53,570 bases of DNA, from NCBI GenBank assembly GCA_021846665.1, contig JAJZWM010000004.1:1-53570 (forward strand). Reading direction: 5' to 3'. The translations under genes were made by a program, and so were the position numbers. Within the stretch, counting starts at the first letter, position 1. Each line of letters starts with the position of its first letter. The notes beneath the pieces were generated by a model. It saw only the letters and a list, made by a program, of their open reading frames with translations, was not told the DNA's origin and searched no databases. Shown here one piece after another: positions 21,262-31,164 of the stretch. The stretch comes from Nanobdellota archaeon. GTDB taxonomy: Archaea > Nanobdellota > Nanobdellia > Parvarchaeales > Parvarchaeaceae.

Positions 21262-21915
21262 TTATTCTATTTTTATACGATTTAGTTCACCACTTTCTTT
21301 TATCCATATAGCCCAACATAGTTCTGTTTTGCTAATACCTAAGATCTTACTTATTTTATCTCCCCCTGTTATACATTCGTAAGGCGTTTTAACAGGTTTA
21401 AAGTTATTGCTTATCCATTTCATTATTATTTTATCTGGCATTACTGTGTCTATACCACTTTGTATCCTTAAATATTGAAAAGTGTTTATTCCTATGCCTT
21501 TTATCTTTCCTAATTCATCTTTTTTGAAGTTAAATGGATCTGCATTTTCTGCCCATTTCTTAATTGTTTTTATTTCATTTTCACCGTTGTTTTTTTCTGT
21601 TATAAATTCACATACGTTTTTCATTGCATTCCACACTCTTTTGTTCTTAAATATAGAAATTAATTCCTTTTCTTTTAGTTTTTTAAAATCACTGCATTTT
21701 GATATTATTCCAGTTTTTATGTATCTCTCCCTAAAATAATTAACTTTTGGAACAACTACAGTAAAGTAATTTAAGCCAGTACTGTCAAGGCAAGCGTCAA
21801 GAACAATAAGGATTGCTTTTCCTTCCCATCTTCTTCCAGTTCTACATAGTTGAGCAAATCCTGCAGATTCCTTGATTATTTCACTTCCGAAAAGCTTTAA
21901 TGCATTATTTTTCAT
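21262..21915 (-). CDS. Hypothetical protein with HhH-GPD-like motif (possible DNA glycosylase-fold protein)
   Basis: LGKIKGIGINTFQYL helix-hairpin-helix followed by ...TVMPD. Confidence 0.6.
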   Translation of the reverse strand: MKNNALKLFGSEIIKESAGFAQLCRTGRRWEGKAILIVLDACLDSTGLNYFTVVVPKVNYFRERYIKTGIISKCSDFKKLKEKELISIFKNKRVWNAMKNVCEFITEKNNGENEIKTIKKWAENADPFNFKKDELGKIKGIGINTFQYLRIQSGIDTVMPDKIIMKWISNNFKPVKTPYECITGGDKISKILGISKTELCWAIWIKESGELNRIKIE

Positions 21916-22019
21916 TATTAAAGAATAAAATACCTTTACCTTTATTATATTTTGTTTTTATTGAAGGTAAAAATATATATAAAGGTAAAAAACATAAGTA
22001 GTGTATAATTTCGATAATT

Positions 22020-22721
22020 ATGAAAGTACCAAGATCAAGAAGAAGGGGAAAGAGCAGGGTTTTCAGATTCAACGATTTCAACGCAATCGGAAAGGTAAAA
22101 CTTCCAAATTCATTAGAACCCATGAATGCAAGAATAATAAAACTTATCCATGATCCTTATAGAACTGCACCTTTAATGGAGGTAAAATTTGAAAATGGTT
22201 CAAAGTCCTTTTTACCTGCATTTGTAGGGGCATATGAAGGTCTTATAATACCTTATATGAAAACAGATGGCATAAAGGAGGGTTCAGTTTTAAGACTTGG
22301 TGATATGCCAACAGGAACAAACGTTTACAATGTTGAGTTAAAGGCAGGAGATGGTGGAAAACTTATAAGAGCTGGCGGAAACAGTGCAAGGATAATGGAA
22401 AACACAGGAAAAGAAGTTGCAATTTCACTTTCAAGCGGCAAGATCCTTAGATTAAAACAAGATTGTAGGGCAATTGTAGGTAAAATAGCCAATGCCGGAA
22501 GAAAAGAAAAACCATTTTATAAGGCAGGTAATAAATATCATCTTATAAAAGCCAGAAGCAGATACTGGCCTATGAATGCTGCCGTTGCAATGAATGCTTA
22601 CGAGCATAAATTTGGAGGAAAAAGAAGAAGTACACAGCACAAGTCTAAAAGCTCTGCTAGGAACTCTCCTCCAGGTGCAAAAGTAGGGTCAATAGCTCCT
22701 AAGAGGACAGGTGTTAGATAA
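22020..22721 (+). CDS. rpl2: 50S ribosomal protein uL2
   Basis: IHDPYRTAPL, GDGGKLIRAGG, KPFYKAG, AMNAYEHKFGG, PPGAKVGSIAPKRTG. Confidence 0.96.
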   Translation: MKVPRSRRRGKSRVFRFNDFNAIGKVKLPNSLEPMNARIIKLIHDPYRTAPLMEVKFENGSKSFLPAFVGAYEGLIIPYMKTDGIKEGSVLRLGDMPTGTNVYNVELKAGDGGKLIRAGGNSARIMENTGKEVAISLSSGKILRLKQDCRAIVGKIANAGRKEKPFYKAGNKYHLIKARSRYWPMNAAVAMNAYEHKFGGKRRSTQHKSKSSARNSPPGAKVGSIAPKRTGVR

Positions 22722-23107
22722 TGGAAGAGTATAAATTTAGAGGGAAAAGCATAGATGAGCTTAAAAAGATGTCAAATGAGGATCTTGCAAAGATAGCTAA
22801 CGCTGATTTCAGAAGGGCCATAAAAAGAGGCTTTTCTCCGGAAGAAAAGGCGTTTCTTGTCAACATGAAGAAAAAAGCAGCAAAGTCAAAAAACATTAAA
22901 ACGCATATGAGAGAGATGTTTATAATGCCCGATTTCGTGGGTCTTACAATACATGTACACAATGGAAAGGAGTTTATACCTATAGAAATAAAACCTTCTA
23001 TGCTTTTTCATCGTCTTGGCGAATTTGCACTTACAACGAAACAGGTAAAGCATGGTTCTCCAGGTATGAAAGCTACACGTTCAAGTGGGTTTGTTCCTAT
23101 TAAGTAA
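22721..23107 (+). CDS. rps19: 30S ribosomal protein uS19
   Basis: KTHMREMFIMP..VG...VHNGKEF, LGEFALT, PGMKATRSS. Confidence 0.96.
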   Translation: MEEYKFRGKSIDELKKMSNEDLAKIANADFRRAIKRGFSPEEKAFLVNMKKKAAKSKNIKTHMREMFIMPDFVGLTIHVHNGKEFIPIEIKPSMLFHRLGEFALTTKQVKHGSPGMKATRSSGFVPIK

Positions 23108-23109
23108 AT

Positions 23110-23685
23110 ATGGTAACTACAATACGGGTTAAGAGAGAAGGGATGCCGATATCGCTGAAGCATACTCATGAAATAATGGAAGCGGTTAAAGGCAAGCAGA
23201 TCTCAAAGGCAAATGCTCTCCTTAAGAGAGTTCTTACAAAACAGGTTTATATCCCCTTTAGAAAATACCCAAGTAAAGGCCATAAACATGGTGTACCTGC
23301 AGGTTATCCACAGAAAGCAACTAAGCAGGTAATTTCAATGCTTGAAGAGTTAAGGGCAAATGCAAAAAATATGGGTTTTGATGAATCTAAAATAGTTGTA
23401 AGTAGTTATGCCCTTGGTAGAGGAGGTTATCAAAGGTTTTCAAGCGGGACTGTTTATAGACATGGAAAGCGTACAAATTTGACGATTTATTCATTAGTTG
23501 ATCAGGAAAGAAAAATGCCTGAAAAGAAGTCAGATAATACGGATAAAGCGGCGGCTGAAAAACCTGCTGTTAAAGAGGATGTAAAAGAAGAGACAAAGGT
23601 AGAAGATAAAAAACCAGATGAAGAAAAAGTTGAACAAGAAAGTAATAAAAGCATGGAAAGTAATGAGTTAAAAGCGGAGAAATAG
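23110..23685 (+). CDS. rpl22: 50S ribosomal protein uL22 with a charged C-terminal extension
   Basis: PISLKHTHEI, IPFRKY, GYPQKA; position between S19 and S3. Confidence 0.9.
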   Translation: MVTTIRVKREGMPISLKHTHEIMEAVKGKQISKANALLKRVLTKQVYIPFRKYPSKGHKHGVPAGYPQKATKQVISMLEELRANAKNMGFDESKIVVSSYALGRGGYQRFSSGTVYRHGKRTNLTIYSLVDQERKMPEKKSDNTDKAAAEKPAVKEDVKEETKVEDKKPDEEKVEQESNKSMESNELKAEK

Positions 23686-23686
23686 T

Positions 23687-24358
23687 ATGTTACCCAAAAA
23701 ATTAATTGCGAACAAAGTGAATGATGAAACAGCTAGAGAGTACTTATTCAAAAAATTTAGTAGGTTTGGAATAAGTGATATAAGAATAGAAAAGACTCCT
23801 TTAGGTATGAAAATTGTTATAAAGACTCCAAAACCGGGTGCAATAATTACAAGAGCTAATCAAATACTAAGAGAAAGTTCAAAGGAACTTGGGGAGTATT
23901 TTAATCAAGAATCTCCTAGGATAGAGGTTGAAGGTTCACAGAATCCTAATTTGGATCCAGCTATAGTTGCAGACTCAATAGCTTTTAAGATAGCTAAATA
24001 CGGACCAATGAAGTACAAAGTAGTTGCTCACAAGGCAATGGATAGTATAATGGCCGCGGGTGCAAAAGGCGTAGAAATAGAGATAGGTGGAGTTATAAAG
24101 GAAAGAGCTGCACACTTTAAATTTAGGCCAACCGGCAGTGTTATGCCAAAAACAGGTCAAGTAGAATTTTTTGGGGTAAGAAGTGCAAAAAAACAGTTAG
24201 TGCTCAAAAGAGGATCAATAGGCATAAAAGTAACTATAGTCGTGCCGACTGAAAACATAGGAGGAGTGAAAATAAACGATGGAAGAGAATCTGAAGGACT
24301 TGGAAATGGAACTTCTGAAAATGAACATAAAGAAGACGCAGGGGCTCCAGCCAGCTGA
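23687..24358 (+). CDS. rps3: 30S ribosomal protein uS3
   Basis: KTPLG...KPGAII, NPNLDP, AGAKGVEIEIGG, GSIGIKV. Confidence 0.93.
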   Translation: MLPKKLIANKVNDETAREYLFKKFSRFGISDIRIEKTPLGMKIVIKTPKPGAIITRANQILRESSKELGEYFNQESPRIEVEGSQNPNLDPAIVADSIAFKIAKYGPMKYKVVAHKAMDSIMAAGAKGVEIEIGGVIKERAAHFKFRPTGSVMPKTGQVEFFGVRSAKKQLVLKRGSIGIKVTIVVPTENIGGVKINDGRESEGLGNGTSENEHKEDAGAPAS

Positions 24359-24452
24359 TGCTGGTAAGTACAGGCATTTGAAGAAGAAAGTAGCTCAGTT
24401 GAAGAATGAGCTTAGACAGAAAGAGCTTTTAAGTTCTAAGTCAAATAAATAG
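24279..24452 (+). CDS. rpl29: 50S ribosomal protein uL29 (57 aa; not in the ORF track)
   Basis: MEENLKDLEMELLKMNIKKTQGLQPADAGKYRHLKKKVAQLKNELRQKELLSSKSNK; GGAGGAG SD; canonical position after rps3. Confidence 0.85.
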   Translation: MEENLKDLEMELLKMNIKKTQGLQPADAGKYRHLKKKVAQLKNELRQKELLSSKSNK

Positions 24453-24787
24453 TTTTTATACATTTCTGTAAAAGCGAGGTATTTACATTATAACATTGTG
24501 GTATCATCAGTGTTAAAAAGTTTATATCGAATAGGTGATATATTTAATTATGGAAGATGAAGACGGAAATAGTGAGCTAGATTAATCAGCATCAAGATAA
24601 TAGGATATCTTGGCAAAATAAAGAAGATTAGTTCTAGCTATTCTTATAATTTAGATATTTTTATGACATAAACTTTTACTTTTTGTTTTTAATAATAAAT
24701 AAAAGGTATTTACTTAATTTACAATTATTTCAGAAAGCCTGTAATAAAATTATGTAACAAACTCCTATTTTTTATACTAAAAAATAA

Positions 24788-25654
24788 CTACCCGTTTATC
24801 AAATCAAATAAAGTGTCTAATTGTGCTCTTTTTGCTTCAATCTGTGCTTTCATCTTATTATATTCTTCTTGACTTATTTTACCTGCAACAAAATTCCTTT
24901 CTAAATCAGCAGATTCTTTCTCTATTTCTCTTAATTTGTTGTTAAGCTTCATTGAGCCTTGAGGCCCCATTGAAAGACTGCTTGAAACACTATTAGCTAG
25001 CTGTCTCTTGTCTAATTTGTTTCCATATTTTCTTGAAAGCTCACTGTACATTTCAGTCATGTCTCCTTCAAGTTTGGAATATGACTCTTTGTCCTTGAAT
25101 TTACAATCCCCTGCCAAAACAACTCTTACATTTGCAGATTCCTCTGTAGGATCATAAACTCCTATTATCTTCGCCCATAGAAATATTGGTACTATTTTCT
25201 TTATTTCAAAGAATATCAAAGAAAGTACAAAAAAGGCTATTGTCCCATAAAGTATAAGTGCTGATGCAGAATAACTAAAATGGGTTATATTTGTGTATAT
25301 ATTTGCTCTATATGAGACAAGAAGGAATGCTAATAGAACTATTCCTAATATAAGACATGTCTTCCATGCTATAGGATACTTTGATCCTTTTTTATTGTCC
25401 TTAGCGCTTTTTATTAGAGCTCTTATTGGCTTTACATTTCCGCCCCTAAAAGTTTCCTCTAGTTCATTATCCTCAAATTTTGCAAGTTCATTAAGTAGAA
25501 TTTTGTAATCCATATCAGTCATATACTCTGATACTTGACTCCTTAATATCTGTGGATCATCGCTTTTTATATACAGATCATAAAATACATGCTTTTTTTC
25601 TAATTCTTGAGTATCAAACTCTTTCTCATAGTTCTTTATACTAAATCCTATCAT
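24788..25654 (-). CDS. Membrane protein (two TM) with a C-terminal SHOCT-like domain
   Basis: Two hydrophobic helices; C-terminal GKISQEEYNKMKAQI. Confidence 0.7.
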   Translation of the reverse strand: MIGFSIKNYEKEFDTQELEKKHVFYDLYIKSDDPQILRSQVSEYMTDMDYKILLNELAKFEDNELEETFRGGNVKPIRALIKSAKDNKKGSKYPIAWKTCLILGIVLLAFLLVSYRANIYTNITHFSYSASALILYGTIAFFVLSLIFFEIKKIVPIFLWAKIIGVYDPTEESANVRVVLAGDCKFKDKESYSKLEGDMTEMYSELSRKYGNKLDKRQLANSVSSSLSMGPQGSMKLNNKLREIEKESADLERNFVAGKISQEEYNKMKAQIEAKRAQLDTLFDLING

Positions 25655-25764
25655 AAAATTATATGATTTCTTTTAAATAAATAGGTATTATTTATAATTT
25701 ATAATGAATTTTATTGTTAATAGTGGAAAGCCATTTATTTATTTATAACACTCTTATCTAATAT

Positions 25765-26241
25765 ATGGATTTAGGGATCATTGGGTTTTTGATAATTTCA
25801 GCATTACTTATATCTACTGCTATTTTGATGATAATCACTAAAAATCTTATCCATTCTCTTCTTTATATGTTCATGTTTGTTATATCCGTAACCGCAATGA
25901 TACTCTACTTGAATGCCGTTTTTTTGGGAATTGTAGAGCTTATAATATACAATGGTGGGATAGTACTTTTGCTTGCAATAGGGATAAGTTCAATGCCAGA
26001 AGGTGCAGTTAAAAGAATAAACTCAAAGCTTTCTATTTCTCTGCCAATAATAATATTAGCAGTTACTTCATTTCTACTGCTTAAAATGCCTTCTACTAGA
26101 TATTCTACTGCTTTGAATTATGCCAATTTTGGAACGTACTTTTTCCAAAATTATGCAGGCCTTCTTCTTGTTTTGGCATTTACTGCAATAGCAAGTATAT
26201 TTTCAACAATATATATAGTAAGTAGGAGTGAAAATATATGA
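25765..26241 (+). CDS. nuoJ: NADH-quinone oxidoreductase subunit J
   Basis: KNLIHSLLY, LNAVFLGIVELIIYNGGIVLL, FG..FFQNY. Confidence 0.88.
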   Translation: MDLGIIGFLIISALLISTAILMIITKNLIHSLLYMFMFVISVTAMILYLNAVFLGIVELIIYNGGIVLLLAIGISSMPEGAVKRINSKLSISLPIIILAVTSFLLLKMPSTRYSTALNYANFGTYFFQNYAGLLLVLAFTAIASIFSTIYIVSRSENI

Positions 26242-26540
26242 TACCAGAAGATTATTTTCTGCTGCTTACGACTATATTATTTATAATAGGCATATATGGG
26301 ATAATCTCAAGGAGAGAGGGAATATCAATAATTATATCTTCTGAAATAATAGTTAACGCAGCCATAATAAATTTTGTATCTGCTGCTAATTTTTATTCAG
26401 CTTTGAATGGCATAAGCTATGCACTTATAACACTTATAATGATAGTATTTGAAACTGTTGTTTTTATTGCTTTAATGGTGATTTTTTCAAGAAAGACAGG
26501 CTCACTTTCAATATCAAAGCTAGGGAGATATAAAGGTTAA
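26238..26540 (+). CDS. nuoK: NADH-quinone oxidoreductase subunit K
   Basis: LFIIGIYGIISRR, two conserved Glu (SEIIVN, FETVV), ends ...YKG. Confidence 0.9.
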   Translation: MIPEDYFLLLTTILFIIGIYGIISRREGISIIISSEIIVNAAIINFVSAANFYSALNGISYALITLIMIVFETVVFIALMVIFSRKTGSLSISKLGRYKG

Positions 26541-26541
26541 T

Positions 26542-28290
26542 ATGCTGTATCTAATCCTTCTTCCACTTTTAATCTCTGCAGTTTTAATCCCATTATTGGG
26601 AGAAAGGAAAAAATTAAGCTGGTTGATTTCATTATCAGCTGCAGTAATCTCGTTTCTTCTTTCTATTCTCTTTTTTATCTTATATTTCAATAAGAATATA
26701 CTAGAAAGTTATACTTGGTTTTCTTTTAGTAATTTCTCATTTTCTCTTTCCTTTATAGGAAATAACCTTACACTTTTCATGGCATTGCTTGTTTCATTTA
26801 TATCAATCATGGTTTTAATGTTCGCAGGTTTTTATATGAAAGAAGAAAAGCATGCAAGATTTTATGCTGAGATGTCTTTCTTCATCTTCTCTATGCTTGG
26901 TTTGGTGATGTCAAACAGTCTGCTTCTGTTTTTTATATTCTGGGAATTTGTAGGCATAACATCATATCTTTTGATAGGTTTTTGGTACGATAGAGATGGG
27001 CCAGCAGTTTCAAGCAAGAAGGCTCTTATAATAACAAGAATTGGGGATCTTGCTTTTCTTGCGGCTTTAGTAATAGTCTTCTCTACACTTAAGACATTTT
27101 CGATATCTTCTATCTTGAATTCTATATCCTCTATACCCATGACAGTATTGATAATTTTAGGGTCTCTTTTTACAATTGCAGGACTTTCAAAGGCGGCACA
27201 GTTCCCATTTTATACTTGGTTGATAGATGCAATGGAAGGCCCAACACCAGTAAGTTCTCTTCTTCACTCTGCTACAATGGTTGCGGCAGGTGCATACCTT
27301 TTAGTTAGGCTTCTTCCTCTTATTTCTGCAGCAGGCCTTCTTAATTTGATAGTTGTAATAGGATTCATTACTGCTTTTGCAGCAGCATTGCTTGCTTTAA
27401 AGGAGAGACATTTCAAAAAGATACTTGCATATTCAACAATAGAAAGCCTTGCTTTTATGTTCCTAGCCGTGGGAACTTTAAACGCTGGTGGAGCAATTTT
27501 TTACCTGTTTACACATGCTGTTTTTAAATCCATGCTTTTCTTCATAAGCGGTGGACTTGCGATTGCATTTGGTACTTATGATGTGTATGAATTAAGCAAA
27601 AAGAAGCTAAACGGCACATGGTTTACTATCCCTGCGTTAATAGGCTTTGCTTCAATTTCAGCGATACCTCCTTTTATGAGCTTTTTTGCTCATTCAGCAC
27701 TTACGCATAATTTCAATGTATCTGAAAATATAGCCTTTGTTTTTGTTGCCTTTTTAACTGCTCTTTTCTCTTTTAGAGCTTTCTTTATTATATTTAGGAG
27801 CAAGACAAAAAAACCTCTTAAAAAGGAATTTAACCTCTTCTTCCCAATAGTAATTCTTGCAATAATTTCTACAGTTGGAGGAGTTTTCCTTTATTTCTTC
27901 AAAGGCATAATAAGTATTGCATATTCGTTTGATATCTTCTCATTTATAGCACTGGTAGCTTCATTGCTGGGGGTATTTATTTCCTACGAATTTTTTTACC
28001 TTAGGAAAAAACAGCAATTAAGTGATAAAATTAAGAATATCGCTGAAAAAATAGCAGGCTATGGATATGAGAAATTTATAATAGCAATTGGTAATGCTAT
28101 TTCAACCTTTGGATTTTACGTTGGAAGTTTTGACTTCATGTTTTCAAATGCAATGTCTAGAATGGCAGAATCTACTTTTATACTTTCTTCAAAGACAAGG
28201 GAGATTGAAAACGGAGATGCATTTAGATACATAACTGCAGTTATAATAGGACTGGTTGCAGTAATCCTTATCGCGGTGATTTTCATATGA
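26542..28290 (+). CDS. nuoL: NADH-quinone oxidoreductase subunit L (antiporter-like)
   Basis: FWEFVGITSYLLIGFW, KAAQFPF.TWL.DAMEGPTPVSSLLHSATMVAAG, KKILAYST, THAVFK; C-terminal transverse helix. Confidence 0.93.
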   Translation: MLYLILLPLLISAVLIPLLGERKKLSWLISLSAAVISFLLSILFFILYFNKNILESYTWFSFSNFSFSLSFIGNNLTLFMALLVSFISIMVLMFAGFYMKEEKHARFYAEMSFFIFSMLGLVMSNSLLLFFIFWEFVGITSYLLIGFWYDRDGPAVSSKKALIITRIGDLAFLAALVIVFSTLKTFSISSILNSISSIPMTVLIILGSLFTIAGLSKAAQFPFYTWLIDAMEGPTPVSSLLHSATMVAAGAYLLVRLLPLISAAGLLNLIVVIGFITAFAAALLALKERHFKKILAYSTIESLAFMFLAVGTLNAGGAIFYLFTHAVFKSMLFFISGGLAIAFGTYDVYELSKKKLNGTWFTIPALIGFASISAIPPFMSFFAHSALTHNFNVSENIAFVFVAFLTALFSFRAFFIIFRSKTKKPLKKEFNLFFPIVILAIISTVGGVFLYFFKGIISIAYSFDIFSFIALVASLLGVFISYEFFYLRKKQQLSDKIKNIAEKIAGYGYEKFIIAIGNAISTFGFYVGSFDFMFSNAMSRMAESTFILSSKTREIENGDAFRYITAVIIGLVAVILIAVIFI

Positions 28291-29699
28291 TAAACTTAAT
28301 ACTTCTTCTTGTAGTACCTGCAATTGGCATACTTTTTTTAATTCTAAAAAAATTTTATGATAAGTTGCCTTCTTCAGAGATAATAGTACTTTCAGCAATG
28401 GTAGTAAATGCTATTTTATTTGTTCTCGGCCTCATTTTTGGCTTTTCAGGCTTTAATGTAAATATAAATCCCAGTATAAGCTTTTCTTTTTCATTGCAGG
28501 AAAATTTCATAACTATCCCATTTCTTCTTCTAGCAGTAACAGTTCCTATTGGAATATTTCTTTTTGCAACTAAAGAGATAAAACAAAGCAAAGTCATCTT
28601 TTATTTATTTTATCTTTTAGTATACGTTTCTGTTATATCGGTTTTTGTTTCATCAAATCTTATAGTATTCTTTATATTCTGGGAAGTTGCGGTTCTTTCT
28701 CTATTTTTCATCACAGGGCTGTGGGGCGATCATGAAAAAGGTAAAAGGGCAGCTATGAAATTTCTTGTATTCACTCAATTCGGAAGTCTTACCCTTCTTG
28801 CAGTTTTTATACTGCTTTTCCTTTATACCGGTAGCTTCAACTTTTCCGTTATCGCTTCTAAGATGTCGCTTTTGCCTTCATATATAGAATACATCTCCTT
28901 TTTCCTGCTTTTAATAACAGTCATGATAAAGATGCCAATATTTCCATTCCATGGCTGGCTTCTTGACTCATACTATTACTCACCTTCTTCAGGGACTATG
29001 CTTTTATCTAGCGCACTTTCAAAGCTTGGTGGATTTGCATTTATATTATTTGGTTTTGGACTTTTCAGAAATCTTCTTTTTGATTTCAGGTTGCCTTTGA
29101 TAGCTTTAGGAGTGTTTACTGCAATTTACATCGCGTTTACTGCTTCTGGTCAAAAGGATCTGAAAAAGCTTCTGTCTTATTCAAGCATGTTTTACATGTC
29201 ATTGGTGTTTATTGGTATCTCATCAGGCATTAGTTTAGCAGTAGCAGGATCTGTTCTTTTAATGATAAGTCATGGATTCATAATCACAATGTTGTTTGGA
29301 GTATCCTACATACTAATGCAAAAGACTGGTACAAATGAAACTGAAAAGATGGGGGGGCTCATGTCAAGAATGCCGCTTCTTTCTTTCTTCTTTATATTTG
29401 GAATATTTGCAAGTCTTGGAGTTCCAGGATTATCAAATTTTCCAGGGGAATTACTGATTTTCATAGGTTCCTATGGAGTTGCAGGCATATCCCTTATTGC
29501 AATCTTTGGTATAATGCTTTCTACGAATTATTATTTAAGGGTAATTAAACAGTCTTTATTCGGTCAGTTAAAAAAGACTTTTGCAGGTTTAACGGACATT
29601 TCAAAAAACGAGTTGCTTTTTATGGTTTTTCTGTCTTTCTTTATTCTTTTATTGGGGCTTTTCCCTTCATTAATTTTAAACACTCTCGGAGGACTATAA
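28287..29699 (+). CDS. nuoM: NADH-quinone oxidoreductase subunit M
   Basis: FFIFWE, KMPIFPFHGWL, SKLGG, DLKKLLSYSS, SLGVPGLSNFPGE. Confidence 0.92.
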   Translation: MINLILLLVVPAIGILFLILKKFYDKLPSSEIIVLSAMVVNAILFVLGLIFGFSGFNVNINPSISFSFSLQENFITIPFLLLAVTVPIGIFLFATKEIKQSKVIFYLFYLLVYVSVISVFVSSNLIVFFIFWEVAVLSLFFITGLWGDHEKGKRAAMKFLVFTQFGSLTLLAVFILLFLYTGSFNFSVIASKMSLLPSYIEYISFFLLLITVMIKMPIFPFHGWLLDSYYYSPSSGTMLLSSALSKLGGFAFILFGFGLFRNLLFDFRLPLIALGVFTAIYIAFTASGQKDLKKLLSYSSMFYMSLVFIGISSGISLAVAGSVLLMISHGFIITMLFGVSYILMQKTGTNETEKMGGLMSRMPLLSFFFIFGIFASLGVPGLSNFPGELLIFIGSYGVAGISLIAIFGIMLSTNYYLRVIKQSLFGQLKKTFAGLTDISKNELLFMVFLSFFILLLGLFPSLILNTLGGL

Positions 29700-29700
29700 A

Positions 29701-31053
29701 ATGGAATACCTAAATCCACAGTATATTTTGTTTGCTGGTATACTACTTCTCATACTTGTAGATTTCCTAAGGCACAGTTTGAAGAGTAATAAAAAGGCTA
29801 TTTTGCACTATTTAACAGCCGTTTTTCTTGGTTTAGCGCTTGTTTTTGATGTTATCTATGGAAATATGAATATAAACCTATTTTCTGAGGTACAGTATTC
29901 CCAGTTTGTAACAGGTTTCATGCTGTTTCTTTCCTTTTTCATATACCTTTTCATAATATCAGATAAAAATGAACACAGCGTTGCAATAGACATTTCATAT
30001 CTTTCTGCAGTTCTTGGTTCGACTCTTGTAGTTTTATCAAGTAATCTTATTTCCATGTTTATCTCCATAGAAATACTATCCATATCCACTTATGCTCTTG
30101 TTTACATGTATAAATCAGGAAATGCACTTGAAGGCGCCGTAAAATATCTTTCGACAGGAGTGATATCAATGGTAATTTTAATCTTTGGAATATCTCTTAT
30201 TTATGCAGGTGCAGGTACTCTCTCATTTTCTTCTTTGCATGTTATTTCCTACCTTCCATTCATTGCAGGTGTTGCAATAGTAATAGCTGGGCTAGGCTTT
30301 AAATCAACCCTCGTTCCGTTTCATATGTGGGCTCCAGATACATATGAAGCCTCGAAAAGCTCGGTAACAGCATTTATCTCTTCAGTATCCAAGGCAGCTG
30401 GCCTGATTGCAATGATAAGGATATTCTTCTTTGCACTGCCTGTCTCTTCGCTTTTCGTTACTGCGCTTTTTCTTTCAATAGCTCTTATAACTATATTTTT
30501 AAGTTCATTTCTTGCGTCTGTGCAGGACAGAATAAAGAGAATACTAGCTTACTCAAGTATCTCACAAGCTGGTTTTGCATTCATAAGTATAGCAGTTCTT
30601 ACTACTAGAGGTATAAACGCAGCTGTGTTCTATATATTTGCATTTGCAGTAGCAGATGCAATAGTGTTTCTTGCATATGATATGTTTGAAAATAAAAAGA
30701 TAATCTATAAGAAGGAAAGCGATTCGATGACACAGGTTTCAAGGATAGGGGCTGCGGCATTCTTTATAGGTATACTATCTCTTGCAGGCTTTCCGCCTAC
30801 AATAGGTTTCTTTGGAAAACTACTTATCTTTTACGCTTTATTCAGCAGCGGATACTTTGCACTGGTTATACTTACGTTTTTTGCACTTTTGGTTTCTACA
30901 TTCTATTACTTTAATATACTGTCTGAAATGCATATCATTGATAAAATAATTAAGAGTAAAAAACAAGTACCTATTAAAAAAGAGCAGAGGATAAAAGAAG
31001 TAATACTGATAATACTTACATTATTTTTATTTATTGGAGTAATCTTTGCATAG
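29701..31053 (+). CDS. nuoN: NADH-quinone oxidoreductase subunit N
   Basis: EGAVKY, GFKSTLVPFHMWAPDTYE, KRILAYSSI, SLAGFPPTIGFFGK. Confidence 0.92.
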   Translation: MEYLNPQYILFAGILLLILVDFLRHSLKSNKKAILHYLTAVFLGLALVFDVIYGNMNINLFSEVQYSQFVTGFMLFLSFFIYLFIISDKNEHSVAIDISYLSAVLGSTLVVLSSNLISMFISIEILSISTYALVYMYKSGNALEGAVKYLSTGVISMVILIFGISLIYAGAGTLSFSSLHVISYLPFIAGVAIVIAGLGFKSTLVPFHMWAPDTYEASKSSVTAFISSVSKAAGLIAMIRIFFFALPVSSLFVTALFLSIALITIFLSSFLASVQDRIKRILAYSSISQAGFAFISIAVLTTRGINAAVFYIFAFAVADAIVFLAYDMFENKKIIYKKESDSMTQVSRIGAAAFFIGILSLAGFPPTIGFFGKLLIFYALFSSGYFALVILTFFALLVSTFYYFNILSEMHIIDKIIKSKKQVPIKKEQRIKEVILIILTLFLFIGVIFA

Positions 31054-31164
31054 ATATCATAACTTAAATGAATAGCGTTATAACCTTAGTTATATATTAA
31101 ATACATAAGATTTATTTTTATATTGAATGTCGGAATGATATTATATTGTTAATTTAAGGCTGTA

